From NCBI GenBank assembly GCA_016197005.1, contig JACPWO010000004.1:70305-134304 (forward strand): a DNA stretch of 64,000 nucleotides. The letters are read 5' to 3'. The DNA is from Candidatus Anderseniibacteriota bacterium (GTDB lineage: Bacteria; Patescibacteriota; Andersenbacteria; UBA10190). Shown here piece after piece: positions 25,240-34,869 of the stretch (within the stretch, counting starts at the first letter, position 1; each line of letters begins with the position of its first letter). Under the pieces are notes generated by a model. That model was not told the DNA's origin. It was given only the letters and a program-made list of their open reading frames with translations, and searched no databases. The translations under genes and the position numbers were made by a program.

Positions 25240-27843
25240 ATGAATTCATATGTACTCGGTTTTCAGGAAATCGATAAAACAAAACTTGCAATGGTCGGGG
25301 GTAAAGGCGCCAATCTTGGGGAACTATTCAAGATTAAGGGGATAAAAGTGCCAGAGGGCTTTTGCGTTACTACCGAAGCGTATAAAAAAATAACCGAAAA
25401 TAATCAGAGGTTTAATCACTTGCTGGATGAATTAACGCGTCTTAAGGCAGAAGAGAGAGCAACTATCAGCGCAATCAGTGCCAAAATCCGAAAGGTCATC
25501 GAAGAAACAGCTATTCCAAAAGGCATCAGTAATGACGTTATCCATCATCTTAAACAACTTAGTGAAAAAAATACCTACGCAGTACGATCCAGCGCAACCG
25601 CGGAGGATTTACCGACGTCCTCCTTTGCAGGTCAGCAGGATACATATTTAAACGTAATCGGGAAGGAGGCAATCCTAAAGCATATCAGCAAGTGCTGGGC
25701 ATCGCTCTTTACGAACCGAGCGGTGATTTACCGAATGCAGAATGGTTTCGACCACGGCCGAGTATATCTTTCCGTGGTCATCCAGAAAATGATTTTTCCG
25801 CAGGCGGCGGGAATCATGTTTACTGCAGATCCTGTCACAGGCAACAGGAAGATTGTGTCTATAGATGCCAGCTTCGGACTTGGTGAAGCACTGGTTTCGG
25901 GCGTGGTGAATGCTGATAACTACAAAGTGCGTGATGGTAAAATTATCGATAAGAAGATCCCGGCCAAGAAAGTGGCCATCTACGCACTCAAAGAAGGCGG
26001 CACGAAAGAAGAAGAGATAGGGTCCGATAAGCAGAACGCACAAACACTTATGGACGAACAGATTGTAGAGCTTGAGCGCATAGGCAGAACCATCGAAGCG
26101 CATTTCGGTCGTCCCCAGGACATCGAATGGTGTCTGGCTGATGATGTTTTTTCTATTGTCCAGAGTCGGTCGATCACAACGTTATTCCCGATCCCGGAAG
26201 CGACTGATCAGAAAAATCACGTCTATGTATCAGTCGGTCATCAACAGATGATGACTGACGCCATGAAGCCGCTCGGACTCTCCATGTGGCAGTTACTGGC
26301 CGCTCGCCCCATGTACACAGCCGGCGGACGGTTATTTGTGGATGTCGCGGAACAACTGGCTTCGCCTGCCGGCAGAAACATTCTCGTTAATGTTCTGGGC
26401 AAATCCGATCCGCTGATGAAAGATATATTCACGACTCTCCTGGAGAGGGGACATGTACAGGCTCAGACGGAAGAGATCTCGGCAACCCCCGCGAAAGGTC
26501 CTCCGCTTCCGGATTATCGGACACTGAAGCAGTACGATCCGGCAATCGTGCATGAGTTGATAGAGCGCAGTCAGACATCCATAGATCAGTTGAAGAAGAC
26601 CATTCACACAAAAGAAGGAGTGAATGTCGTGGAGTTCATTCTGGAAGATATCCAGAAGTTACGGCAGTTTATATCCAATCCGCAAAATTTCGGGGCGATT
26701 ATGACGGCTATGAATGCGGCCTCGTGGATCAATGAAAAAATGATGGAGTGGTTGGGTGAAAAAAATCTGGCAGACACACTGTCGCAATCCGTCCCGCACA
26801 ATGTCACAGCGGAAATGGGTCTGGCGCTCCTGGATATCGCAGATGCCATTCGTTCGTACCCGGCAGTTATTGAGTATCTGCAACAGGTGAACGATGACAG
26901 TTTTCTGGATGGGCTCATGGGGTTTGACGGAGGGAAGCATGCTCGTGATGTTCTTTCTGATTTTCTCCGTACATACGGCATGCGGTGTGTCGGGGAGATC
27001 GATATCACTAGAACCCGTTGGAGTGAAAAACCGACGACGCTTCTCCCTGTTATTCTTAGTAACATTAAAAACTTTGAACCCGGTGAAAGTAAGCGGAAGT
27101 TTGAGCAGGGGCGGGAGGAAGCAATGAAAAAAGAACAGGAATTAATCGAGCGATTGAAACAGCTGCCCGATGGCAAGGAAAAAGCGCAGGAAACAAAACG
27201 CATGATCGACCTGGTTCGGAATCTGGCCGGTTATCGTGAATATCCAAAATACGCCATTGTCAGTTGTTACTTCGTGTACAAGCAAGCCTTGATGAAAGAA
27301 GCCGAGCGCCTGGTGCAGGCACATGTCATTCAGGACAAACAAGATATTTATTATCTCACTATCCAGGAACTGCGTGATGCGATGCGCACACAGACAGCGG
27401 ATCAAGAGCTCATCAACAAGCGAAAAGACGAGTTCGCATTCTACGAGAAAATCACGCCGCCCCGCGTGATGACATCCGAGGGGGAAATTGTGACAGGCAG
27501 CTACAATCGGGAAAATCTCCCGGCCAATGCCATTGTCGGTCTGCCTGTTTCTTCAGGGGTCATCGAAGGACGTGCCCATGTCATCTTCCGCATAGAAGAT
27601 GCCGATCTGGAAGAGGGAGACATATTGGTCACTCCTTTTACGGACCCTAGCTGGACACCATTGTTCCTATCCATAAAAGGCTTGGTCACTGAAGTGGGCG
27701 GACTGATGACCCACGGAGCAGTGATCGCACGTGAATATGGCTTACCGGCAGTTGTCGGAGTAGAAAATGCTACCAAACTGATAAAAGATGGGCAACGAAT
27801 TCGCGTGCACGGAACAGAAGGGTATGTAGAAATCCTGATTTAG
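25240..27843 (+). CDS. PEP-utilising enzyme family protein with rifampin-phosphotransferase-like architecture (N-terminal ATP-grasp/PPDK_N, C-terminal mobile His domain)
   Basis: N-terminal 'LAMVGGKGANLGEL'; C-terminal 'GGLMTHGAVIAREYGLPAVVGV' (swivel-His domain) at the extreme C-terminus and no TIM-barrel domain. Start ATG 25240 is 5 nt after the upstream stop. Confidence 0.75.
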   Translation: MNSYVLGFQEIDKTKLAMVGGKGANLGELFKIKGIKVPEGFCVTTEAYKKITENNQRFNHLLDELTRLKAEERATISAISAKIRKVIEETAIPKGISNDVIHHLKQLSEKNTYAVRSSATAEDLPTSSFAGQQDTYLNVIGKEAILKHISKCWASLFTNRAVIYRMQNGFDHGRVYLSVVIQKMIFPQAAGIMFTADPVTGNRKIVSIDASFGLGEALVSGVVNADNYKVRDGKIIDKKIPAKKVAIYALKEGGTKEEEIGSDKQNAQTLMDEQIVELERIGRTIEAHFGRPQDIEWCLADDVFSIVQSRSITTLFPIPEATDQKNHVYVSVGHQQMMTDAMKPLGLSMWQLLAARPMYTAGGRLFVDVAEQLASPAGRNILVNVLGKSDPLMKDIFTTLLERGHVQAQTEEISATPAKGPPLPDYRTLKQYDPAIVHELIERSQTSIDQLKKTIHTKEGVNVVEFILEDIQKLRQFISNPQNFGAIMTAMNAASWINEKMMEWLGEKNLADTLSQSVPHNVTAEMGLALLDIADAIRSYPAVIEYLQQVNDDSFLDGLMGFDGGKHARDVLSDFLRTYGMRCVGEIDITRTRWSEKPTTLLPVILSNIKNFEPGESKRKFEQGREEAMKKEQELIERLKQLPDGKEKAQETKRMIDLVRNLAGYREYPKYAIVSCYFVYKQALMKEAERLVQAHVIQDKQDIYYLTIQELRDAMRTQTADQELINKRKDEFAFYEKITPPRVMTSEGEIVTGSYNRENLPANAIVGLPVSSGVIEGRAHVIFRIEDADLEEGDILVTPFTDPSWTPLFLSIKGLVTEVGGLMTHGAVIAREYGLPAVVGVENATKLIKDGQRIRVHGTEGYVEILI

Positions 27844-27871
27844 TGAAAAGTAAGTGTATCGATAATTCCCT

Positions 27872-28486
27872 ATGACTAATCGTACCGTCAGAATTTTACT
27901 TCTCGAAGATGATATCCAAACTGTCGCTGCTTTGACGCACTATTTGACCTTACTGGAAGAGGAGATGAGCGCACAGAATATGGATATGTCCCTTGTCGTC
28001 TTATCTGAGTACTCAATGGTTGAGGAGTATATTAACCCTGATGCCAAGCATACCTACGATGTTGTTCTGCTTGACCGGGATTGCAAGATGGGTGGCTCAT
28101 TCCATGCGCTTGATTTTGAGAAGTTTGGTGTCGAGAACATTATCGCTATCTCTTCCACCCCGCAATGGAATGAAGAAGCCCAAGCCCGCAGCATAACGCG
28201 CGTGGTCTGGAAGGATTATGAGAATATCTACGGGTTTGCCGACAAAGTCATGCGCGAGATCCGGGATGTGCTCAAGCTGCCGCAGCCAACTGAAGGCACC
28301 GCGGCTAGTGAGCCGCTGTTTAAACAGGCAGTAGGAATTGTCAGGGAATCTGGGAAAGCCTCGGCGGCTTTACTCCAGCGGCGCCTGCGAGTCGGGTACG
28401 CTCGGTCAGCGCGTCTGTTGGATTTAATGGAAGACGAAGGCGTAATTGGCCCAGCGGAAGGCAATGAGCCGAGGAAAATTTTGTAG
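27872..28486 (+). CDS. Receiver-like domain fused to an FtsK-gamma winged-helix domain
   Basis: 'RILLLEDD' and 'VVLLDRD' are receiver-like. C-terminal 'KASAALLQRRLRVGYARSARLLDLMEDEGVIGP' matches the FtsK gamma domain. Confidence 0.55.
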   Translation: MTNRTVRILLLEDDIQTVAALTHYLTLLEEEMSAQNMDMSLVVLSEYSMVEEYINPDAKHTYDVVLLDRDCKMGGSFHALDFEKFGVENIIAISSTPQWNEEAQARSITRVVWKDYENIYGFADKVMREIRDVLKLPQPTEGTAASEPLFKQAVGIVRESGKASAALLQRRLRVGYARSARLLDLMEDEGVIGPAEGNEPRKIL

Positions 28487-28488
28487 CC

Positions 28489-29214
28489 ATGATATCGCCG
28501 CCTAAATACACTCTCGACAAGATACGGTTTGCCACAGACCAGCCAACTTTTGAAAAAGCAGTTGAGTTATACGAAAACGGCAAGGTGACGCAATTTCAGG
28601 AGGAAATAAGTTCATATTCAGCAATGGTTGTAGGCACCAAGCCATACCGAGTGTTTGTTGAAGCACGCCAGTTTAATTTAGGTCACTGCGACTGCTACCT
28701 GGGTCAGAACGATACGCTGTGCAAGCACATGGTGGCAGTGGCGATCTATGCAGTGCAGGATGGCAAGCCGCTTGCATCAGAAGACAAACACGTGATCAGC
28801 ACTCCCATATGCAGCGGCCGGCTGGGGGAGTTGAGCAAGGAGGAATTGGCAGCAACAAAGAAAGCCATTACGGCCGCCCTGCAGTACATCAAGCCGTACG
28901 ACGGCCCGTCGCGCATCTGGTTCGCCTATCAAAATTCGCTGTCCGAAGGATGCAATCGCCTGTCAGCCATGGTGGCCGGGTTGCCGGTGAGCGAGCAGAC
29001 GGCAGGCCTGCTGGTGAACATGCTGCTGCGGCTGGATAAGAAATTATGCACGGGCGGCGTGGATGATTCAGATGGCACGGTGGGAGGGTTTATTAAAGAG
29101 ACGGTGCAGATGCTGAAGGAGTATGAAAAACTTGACCCGGCTTGTGCTAAAGCATTCCAGAAACTCAAGGGCAAGGAGACGTGTTTTGGCTGGGAGGAAC
29201 CGCTGTTAGGATGA
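28489..29214 (+). CDS. SWIM zinc-finger domain protein
   Basis: 'CDCYLGQNDTLCKHMVAV' (CxCxnCxH). Start is 3 nt after the upstream stop. Confidence 0.6.
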   Translation: MISPPKYTLDKIRFATDQPTFEKAVELYENGKVTQFQEEISSYSAMVVGTKPYRVFVEARQFNLGHCDCYLGQNDTLCKHMVAVAIYAVQDGKPLASEDKHVISTPICSGRLGELSKEELAATKKAITAALQYIKPYDGPSRIWFAYQNSLSEGCNRLSAMVAGLPVSEQTAGLLVNMLLRLDKKLCTGGVDDSDGTVGGFIKETVQMLKEYEKLDPACAKAFQKLKGKETCFGWEEPLLG

Positions 29215-29305
29215 GGTCGATGCGCGGGTGTACCTACTGGGAGTCGTGAGAATGTGAAGCACTCCGCGCCTTTATTCCACCGCTAAAGGTGTTACGCTAA
29301 AAACT

Positions 29306-31438
29306 ATGTTTGAAGGATTGATTAATGTGTTGCTCCCCACCCTCCAGCATTTTTCAGTGCTCGGCTATTGGATTGTCCTTCTCGTTGCCTTGCTAGAGTC
29401 ACTCGTTTTAGTCGGCATATTCATACCAGGCACCGTCCTGGTAGTCTTGGCTGGTTTTTTAGCAGCCAAGGGTTACTTAGACATAGGGGATTTGATTTGG
29501 TTTGCAGCCATTGGTGCCATCCTCGGTGACGGCATTAGTTTTTACCTCGGCAAGAAAGGCACGCACCTCTTTCGTCCTAATAGCAAACTGTTCAAACTTT
29601 CCTATTTAGAAAAAGGCGAGCAGTTCTTAAAAAGACACGGTACCAAAAGTGTCTTCTTTGGCCGCTTCCTGGGCCCCATTCGTCCCATTAGTCCGTTTGT
29701 GGCGGGCATGTTCAAAATGGACGCCAAGCGCTTTTACTTCTGGAATGTCCTGAGTGCTTTCGCCTGGGCAGTGTTGTATGTACTCCTAGGCTACTTCTTC
29801 GGCCAAGCCTGGCAGGTTATCGCCACCTGGTCGACCAGAATCGGATTCTTTATTCTATCAGTTTTTATATTTCTCATTGTTGTCTATGCGTTGCGGTGGT
29901 TGGTCATCCGCAAAGGCAAGCATATTTTTTTATTTATAGTTTCCCTGTTGCGTTCCATTCAGCAGGCAGTTGTTCATACTCCCGATATTCAAAAACTGGT
30001 AGCCCGGCATCGCCGACTGTTTGGTTTTCTCAAGAACCGCTTAACACGGCAACGCTTTAACGGTCTGCCATTGACACTCTTGCTGGCAGCCTTCATCTAC
30101 ACTTTCATTCTGTTCTTTGGTCTCATCGAGGATTTTCTGACAGCCGACCCCATTGTGGCGATTGATACCCGCTTGGCCAATCTGCTATATGTTTTTCGCA
30201 GCCCTGAACTAGTCAGTATTTTCCTATGGGTTACTCTGCTCGGCAAATCACTCATCGTTATTGTCCTTGCCCTGATGGCTACGATTGTGTTGTGGCTGTG
30301 GCGAAAGCGAGAATATGTACTGCCGCTCTGGCTAGCTATTATTGGCAGCCAAATTGTGACGTTCATAGGCAAGTTATCGCTGCATCGAACCCGGCCCGAG
30401 GGATTAGTGCCAGTCTACATTGAAAATTCATATTCGTTCCCCAGCGGCCACGCTACAATCGCCGTCGCTTTTTACGGCTTTCTCATCTATATCCTATGGC
30501 GAAATACCAAGAGCTGGGCATACAAGATTAATATCCTTTTTGCCGGACTGGTGCTCATAGCGGCGATTGGCTTCAGCCGCCTGTACCTTGGCGTTCACTT
30601 TTTGAGCGATGTGTTGAGCGGGTATCTCCTGGGTTTGCTGTGGCTGATTATCAGTGTGAGCATTGTGGAGTGGCAAAAATCGCGCCGAGTTACTCCAACT
30701 ATTTCAACTACCAGACCAGCCTGGATAATGGGCTACGCCTGCCTGGCGATCGCCCTGATTGCGTATGGCGGTTATGCCTGGTCGTATCACCCTCAACTCA
30801 CACCTACAACTGCCGAGCAAACAGCATTTCCGCTGATCGTTGATGAAAATAGTTTGGGAGCCACCTTTGAACAGAACAAATTGCCAAAGTTTACTGAGAC
30901 ACTGACTGGCAATCCTCAGGAGCCGCTGAGTTTTATGATGCTTGCCACTGATGACACGCAGTTGGTGAAGGCTTTTGAAAAGGCCGGGTGGTATCTGGCA
31001 GACCCTGTCACGGTTTCGTCCGTAACCAGCATAGCTCACGCAGCCTTGTCGAAGACAAGCTATAATACCGCCCCCATGACGCCTTCGTTTTGGAATAGCC
31101 AGGTTCACGGTTTTGGTTTTGAGAAGCCGACCGTCGATAAGGTGGTGAGTGAGCGACACCATGCCCGCTTTTGGAAAACCAATCTGCGAACACCCGATGG
31201 CAAAACAGTCTATGTGGGCACCGCCAGCTTCGACACCAGCATTAAATGGTTGGTGACGCATAAAATCCAACCGGACATAGATACGGAACGGGATCGGTTG
31301 CTTGAAGATTTGAGACAGGCGGGCGTTGTTCGTGACTATCAGGAACAGCAGTTTGTCAGTCCCACCTTGGGCAAGAACTTTTCGGGTGACCAGTTTTTTA
31401 CCGATGGAAAAACCTATATTCTTGACCTTATAGATTGA
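29306..31438 (+). CDS. DedA/SNARE-associated domain fused to a PAP2 phosphatase and a C-terminal LssY_C-like domain (membrane protein)
   Basis: DedA-like N-terminus; PAP2 motifs 'KLSLHRTRPEG', 'PSGHAT', 'SRLYLGVHFLSD'; ~250-aa soluble C-terminal domain. Confidence 0.65.
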   Translation: MFEGLINVLLPTLQHFSVLGYWIVLLVALLESLVLVGIFIPGTVLVVLAGFLAAKGYLDIGDLIWFAAIGAILGDGISFYLGKKGTHLFRPNSKLFKLSYLEKGEQFLKRHGTKSVFFGRFLGPIRPISPFVAGMFKMDAKRFYFWNVLSAFAWAVLYVLLGYFFGQAWQVIATWSTRIGFFILSVFIFLIVVYALRWLVIRKGKHIFLFIVSLLRSIQQAVVHTPDIQKLVARHRRLFGFLKNRLTRQRFNGLPLTLLLAAFIYTFILFFGLIEDFLTADPIVAIDTRLANLLYVFRSPELVSIFLWVTLLGKSLIVIVLALMATIVLWLWRKREYVLPLWLAIIGSQIVTFIGKLSLHRTRPEGLVPVYIENSYSFPSGHATIAVAFYGFLIYILWRNTKSWAYKINILFAGLVLIAAIGFSRLYLGVHFLSDVLSGYLLGLLWLIISVSIVEWQKSRRVTPTISTTRPAWIMGYACLAIALIAYGGYAWSYHPQLTPTTAEQTAFPLIVDENSLGATFEQNKLPKFTETLTGNPQEPLSFMMLATDDTQLVKAFEKAGWYLADPVTVSSVTSIAHAALSKTSYNTAPMTPSFWNSQVHGFGFEKPTVDKVVSERHHARFWKTNLRTPDGKTVYVGTASFDTSIKWLVTHKIQPDIDTERDRLLEDLRQAGVVRDYQEQQFVSPTLGKNFSGDQFFTDGKTYILDLID

Positions 31439-31506
31439 TTTTTAAATATAGTTGTCGAGGAGCGTTTGAAACTTGTGGTTCAGGAAAAATGAGGCATGAT
31501 AGAGGT

Positions 31507-32139
31507 ATGAGGATATTCACTGTTTACTTGGTTAGTCTACTTGCCCTGGTTGGTCCTCTGCCAATCTATGCTCAAGCACAACAGGCCGCTGACCACACCA
31601 CCCGTGAAGAAGCTGAAGGCAAAGAAGTCTGGCAACAACTTCAAGACAAGCAACTTACGTGCGACACCCTCTCCGATGAGCAGTTTGCTGCCCTCGGCGA
31701 ATACTTCATGGGGCAAATGATGGGCGACTCCCACGCCGCCATGAACCAAATGATGATCAACATGATGGGTGAAGAGGGCGAGGAACAAATGCATGTGGTC
31801 ATGGGCAAGCGCCTCTCCGGCTGCGACCCTGCGGCTGCCTACCCGAACAGCGGCACCGGCTTCATGCCCATGATGAACATGATGATGGGAGGTGGCTTTA
31901 ATATGATGAACTGGAATGGATGGGGGTCAGGCATGCCCTTCTTCGGCGGCGGTATCTTCATGATCCTGTGGTGGGTGCTCATCATTGGAGGCATTGTATT
32001 TCTGGGGCGGTGGATGATGATGGGTCAGGGAATGATGCACCACAAAGGCACATCCGCGCTGGATATTCTCAAGGAACGCTACGCCAAAGGCGAGATCAGC
32101 AAGCAAGAGTTTGACGACAAGAAAAAGGACATTTCGTGA
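31507..32139 (+). CDS. Secreted/membrane Met-rich protein with a C-terminal SHOCT domain (putative Cu-binding)
   Basis: Signal peptide 'MRIFTVYLVSLLALVGPLPIYAQA'. Multiple MxxMM/MMxM motifs, one TM helix, and 'ALDILKERYAKGEISKQEFDDKKK' (SHOCT). Start is ambiguous: 31435, 31489 or 31507. Confidence 0.5.
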   Translation: MRIFTVYLVSLLALVGPLPIYAQAQQAADHTTREEAEGKEVWQQLQDKQLTCDTLSDEQFAALGEYFMGQMMGDSHAAMNQMMINMMGEEGEEQMHVVMGKRLSGCDPAAAYPNSGTGFMPMMNMMMGGGFNMMNWNGWGSGMPFFGGGIFMILWWVLIIGGIVFLGRWMMMGQGMMHHKGTSALDILKERYAKGEISKQEFDDKKKDIS

Positions 32140-32153
32140 GGGGGGTGATCTGT

Positions 32154-32315
32154 ATGGATAAATGTTCAAAGTGTGGCATGGATACAGAAGGATTCAAATG
32201 CGACATGTGTGGAGTAGAATCAGCGACTCATGATGAGAATCATGAGCATGGCGGTGAGCACTGTATGCCGAAGTGTAAGGCCTGCTCACAAGCGCAGGTC
32301 AAATGTACGTGTTGA
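32154..32315 (+). CDS. Small (53 aa) Cys/His-rich putative metal-binding protein; not in the ORF track because it is under 60 aa
   Basis: Manual translation: 'MDKCSKCGMDTEGFKCDMCGVESATHDENHEHGGEHCMPKCKACSQAQVKCTC'. It has two CxxC pairs, a His-rich stretch and a Cys-rich tail. The purine-rich 'gtgagggggg' (32136-32145) lies 8 nt upstream. Confidence 0.4.
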   Translation: MDKCSKCGMDTEGFKCDMCGVESATHDENHEHGGEHCMPKCKACSQAQVKCTC

Positions 32316-32324
32316 AGAAGGTGT

Positions 32325-32555
32325 ATGAAAGTTATTGTTCAGATGCACCCAGGCTCAAGTCAGGCTAAGGTTGAGAAAATTGATGAGGGGAACTACAAGG
32401 TGTGGGTGCGTGCTATTCCAGAGAAGGGAAAAGCTAATGCGGAAATGCTTGAGTTACTAGCTGATCGTTTCCACGTAGCAAAATCTTCTATCCGTATCGT
32501 GATTGGCAAAACTGCCCGCGAGAAGTTAGTTGAGATTATTGGAGGAGGTAAGTAA
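32325..32555 (+). CDS. DUF167 (YggU-like) protein
   Basis: 76 aa; 'VWVRAIPEKGKANAEMLELLADRFHV' is typical of DUF167. Confidence 0.55.
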   Translation: MKVIVQMHPGSSQAKVEKIDEGNYKVWVRAIPEKGKANAEMLELLADRFHVAKSSIRIVIGKTAREKLVEIIGGGK

Positions 32556-32676
32556 TATCAGCTTGGAGTAGTGAGAGTTGGTATTCTTTAGCCAAAAGCT
32601 TTAGACAGTGTTGTGTACTAAGTCCGCCATCCGTCTAAAGTGCGGTGGATTTGCCCAGCGGGGTAAAGGGTGCGGT

Positions 32677-32750
32677 GAAAAGCAACAGTGGCTCACGGGT
32701 GTACCAAGAGTGCTACTCCAGCAAAATGCTCCCAGATCGGGAGTTTTTTG
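32677..32750 (+). ncRNA. Conserved noncoding element, copy 1, ending in an intrinsic-terminator hairpin (function unknown)
   Basis: 'AGTGGCTCACGGGTGTACCAAGAGTGCTACTCCAGCAAAATG' followed by 'CTCCCagatcGGGAG' and TTTTTT. About 85% identical to a second copy at 35795-35864. Confidence 0.4.
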
Positions 32751-32777
32751 TTACGGAAGTATTTTGATGTGTCGATG

Positions 32778-33122
32778 TTAGTTTTTGTAGAAATACGCAA
32801 ACAGTGTGGCGAGCACCAGGAAGACAACGATTCCTGCCAGTACCGCTTTGGTTGGCCCGACTCGGGGCGCCAACAGCGCAATCACCGCCATGTATGGCAG
32901 CCAGGCAACGATCGTGCCAATCAGCACAAACCAGGCGTGCCTCGATACGGCTTGCGATCCGTCTAATCTGCCAATGAAAAGATACGAGAGCCACGTGAAT
33001 ACCGGAAAGAGTGCGGCCAATCGAGAGAGGAGTGGTAGCCCGCTGGCTTCAAAATAGACGATGCTAGTCGTTACTGCTCCACCGACCACGAAAGCAAAAA
33101 GATACTCGAACATTAAGGTCAT
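32778..33122 (-). CDS. GlpM-like small membrane protein
   Basis: 'RLAALFPVFTWLSYLF' resembles GlpM 'GLIPLFPTFALIAHY'; 114 aa with four predicted TM segments. Confidence 0.4.
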   Translation of the reverse strand: MTLMFEYLFAFVVGGAVTTSIVYFEASGLPLLSRLAALFPVFTWLSYLFIGRLDGSQAVSRHAWFVLIGTIVAWLPYMAVIALLAPRVGPTKAVLAGIVVFLVLATLFAYFYKN

Positions 33123-33169
33123 TATAGCCCAAGTGTGATTTTATTTGGGCGGTTCCGTTGAGGAGGCTT

Positions 33170-33958
33170 CTAATCTTGGCAAAGATTTTGCTCAACTGTC
33201 AGATCCCGGAGCGAAAGGAGAAACAACTTTTCATACGCTTGCGCCATTGATTCAGGGTAGTACTTGAGCGGGCAGACCTGCGTGTAGTATTTAGGCTGAT
33301 CATTGAACGCGCCTGTGTCCCACAAAAAGTTTTTCTCAGCAGCGTCATACACCGCGAAGTTCCAGTTGTGGGCGTTGACTGAACCGGTCGTGTAGCCAAT
33401 GAGCTCCCCGGCTGCCATTGCCAGAGGAGTTTTGAACAAATCCGTGCGAGAGTCGTTTCTAGGCGAAGTAGGAAATAGCTGACGAATCTTTTCCACCGGT
33501 TCGGTGACGTGATCAAACACAACGGTCACGCCGCAGCCAACATCTATTTCCCACATATAAAACTGGGCGCCTTGTTCGTTGTGGTATGACCCTTGCGTGA
33601 GTCTCCCTGCAGTCGGCATATACAGAGGAACTTTCCCTCTGATATTGATGAGCGTTGTCGGCATTGTCCCTTTGCTGTTCCGAAAAACCGGCGGAATGAT
33701 GGAATCGATCGTGGTGAGGTCGGTAAAGTGGTGGGTAAATGCGGCGGCAGGTTCACAGTCTGCGGATGTTTGAGACGATAAGCCTCGTTGCTCTCCAATA
33801 GCATTTTGCGGAGTATCCCTGACCGGGTGTTGTTCACTCTCCCGAGGCGCTGACGATAAGAAGAACACCGTCCCTATGGCAACGAGCAGGATCGCAGTGG
33901 CGATCAATAGAATGGGTATAATGTTCTTTGGCATAAGCACTATCGGAGCGACGCGCAC
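33170..33958 (-). CDS. Hypothetical membrane-anchored protein
   Basis: 262 aa with an N-terminal TM helix; no motifs recognised. Confidence 0.4.
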   Translation of the reverse strand: MRVAPIVLMPKNIIPILLIATAILLVAIGTVFFLSSAPRESEQHPVRDTPQNAIGEQRGLSSQTSADCEPAAAFTHHFTDLTTIDSIIPPVFRNSKGTMPTTLINIRGKVPLYMPTAGRLTQGSYHNEQGAQFYMWEIDVGCGVTVVFDHVTEPVEKIRQLFPTSPRNDSRTDLFKTPLAMAAGELIGYTTGSVNAHNWNFAVYDAAEKNFLWDTGAFNDQPKYYTQVCPLKYYPESMAQAYEKLFLLSLRDLTVEQNLCQD

Positions 33959-34759
33959 TCACTGCGTTGCTGGCAATCGCACGTCCGTCCCCGGTGGATA
34001 GCAGAGTTGCGGACCGTCAGGAAACCGGCTGGCATCAAGCAGTCCGCGCAGCTCGTGTTTTCCCTCCCGCGCTACTGTCTGCCAGCTGTCGCGGAGAATC
34101 GGCTGGGCGCTTAAGGCCGCAAACCAGCCGCGAATGTCTGCGGCAGCGTCGGGCGCTAAATACTCAACCCAGCAGGCGTGGCTGCGCGTATACGTGAAGT
34201 TATTGAAGGCGTAGGAAAGTTGAAAGTGATTGTTGTACTCTGTTTCCAGCGCCGTCTGTCCGATGCGCTGTCCTCCCTGGATGCGGCTGCCTACTGCAAG
34301 GTTCGGATCGAGTAGGATATGTTCGTAGAGAAAGACCCATGCCTCGCCGCTCGGCTCATGATTGGTGATGTGAAGCGTGACATTCTGTCCTGGCCGGCCG
34401 TCGTTCGCCGGCTGCGACTGTAGGATTTCTCCATTCGCTACCGCGAAGATCGCGGCATTCGCGCCGAGAGGAATGTCAATGCCGGCGTGCCCGTACTCCG
34501 GTCGGTCTTGAGAGAACCGAACGATGCCAAACGGGTTTACACTGCCGTCGCCCGCCCGGACGTGTTCAATCGCGAAGGGCAGGGCAAGGCCTGCCGGAGG
34601 CGCTTCATTGTTTCCCTCATCCGCGCCACCACGGTTTCGGAATGTTCCCATGAGCGTCACAGCAACAGCCAATGTGGCGACAATGGCTATGATTACCAGC
34701 CAAACTGATCTTGTTTTCATTCTTTTAGCATACACCAGCAGTGGCAGTACGCGGATCAA
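33959..34759 (-). CDS. M23-family (LytM-like) metallopeptidase, membrane anchored
   Basis: 'YGHAGIDI' (HxxxD) and a downstream 'NNHFQLSY' His pair; N-terminal TM anchor. Confidence 0.5.
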   Translation of the reverse strand: MIRVLPLLVYAKRMKTRSVWLVIIAIVATLAVAVTLMGTFRNRGGADEGNNEAPPAGLALPFAIEHVRAGDGSVNPFGIVRFSQDRPEYGHAGIDIPLGANAAIFAVANGEILQSQPANDGRPGQNVTLHITNHEPSGEAWVFLYEHILLDPNLAVGSRIQGGQRIGQTALETEYNNHFQLSYAFNNFTYTRSHACWVEYLAPDAAADIRGWFAALSAQPILRDSWQTVAREGKHELRGLLDASRFPDGPQLCYPPGTDVRLPATQ

Positions 34760-34869
34760 GCAGGCTTCGTATCTGCTGCAGCGTCACTGACGGTGCAGGG
34801 TAAATCTCTTCCCAGTTCAGGCTTTTGTACTCTTTTATCAGTTCGGAAGATGTCCTACATTGAAAGCCA

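Noticed and set aside
26604-27203. 199-aa minus-strand ORF inside the PEP-utilising enzyme gene, plus similar shadows at 30704..31270(-), 62011..62667(-) and 43291..43581(+)
   Set aside because: They overlap genes with strong motif support and have no SD or motifs. Treated as antisense shadow ORFs.
31537-32169. Minus-strand ORFs (85 aa and 80 aa) antisense to the Met-rich SHOCT gene
   Set aside because: Their His/Val/Gly-rich translations mirror the Met codons (CAT=ATG antisense). This is an antisense artifact.
32688-33057. Plus-strand ORFs 32688..32966 and 32806..33057 as the downstream gene regulated by noncoding element copy 1
   Set aside because: Their translations are low-complexity (Arg/Ala/Ser/Thr-rich) and overlap a convincing minus-strand four-TM membrane protein. 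So copy 1 lies between convergent genes and acts at least as a terminator.
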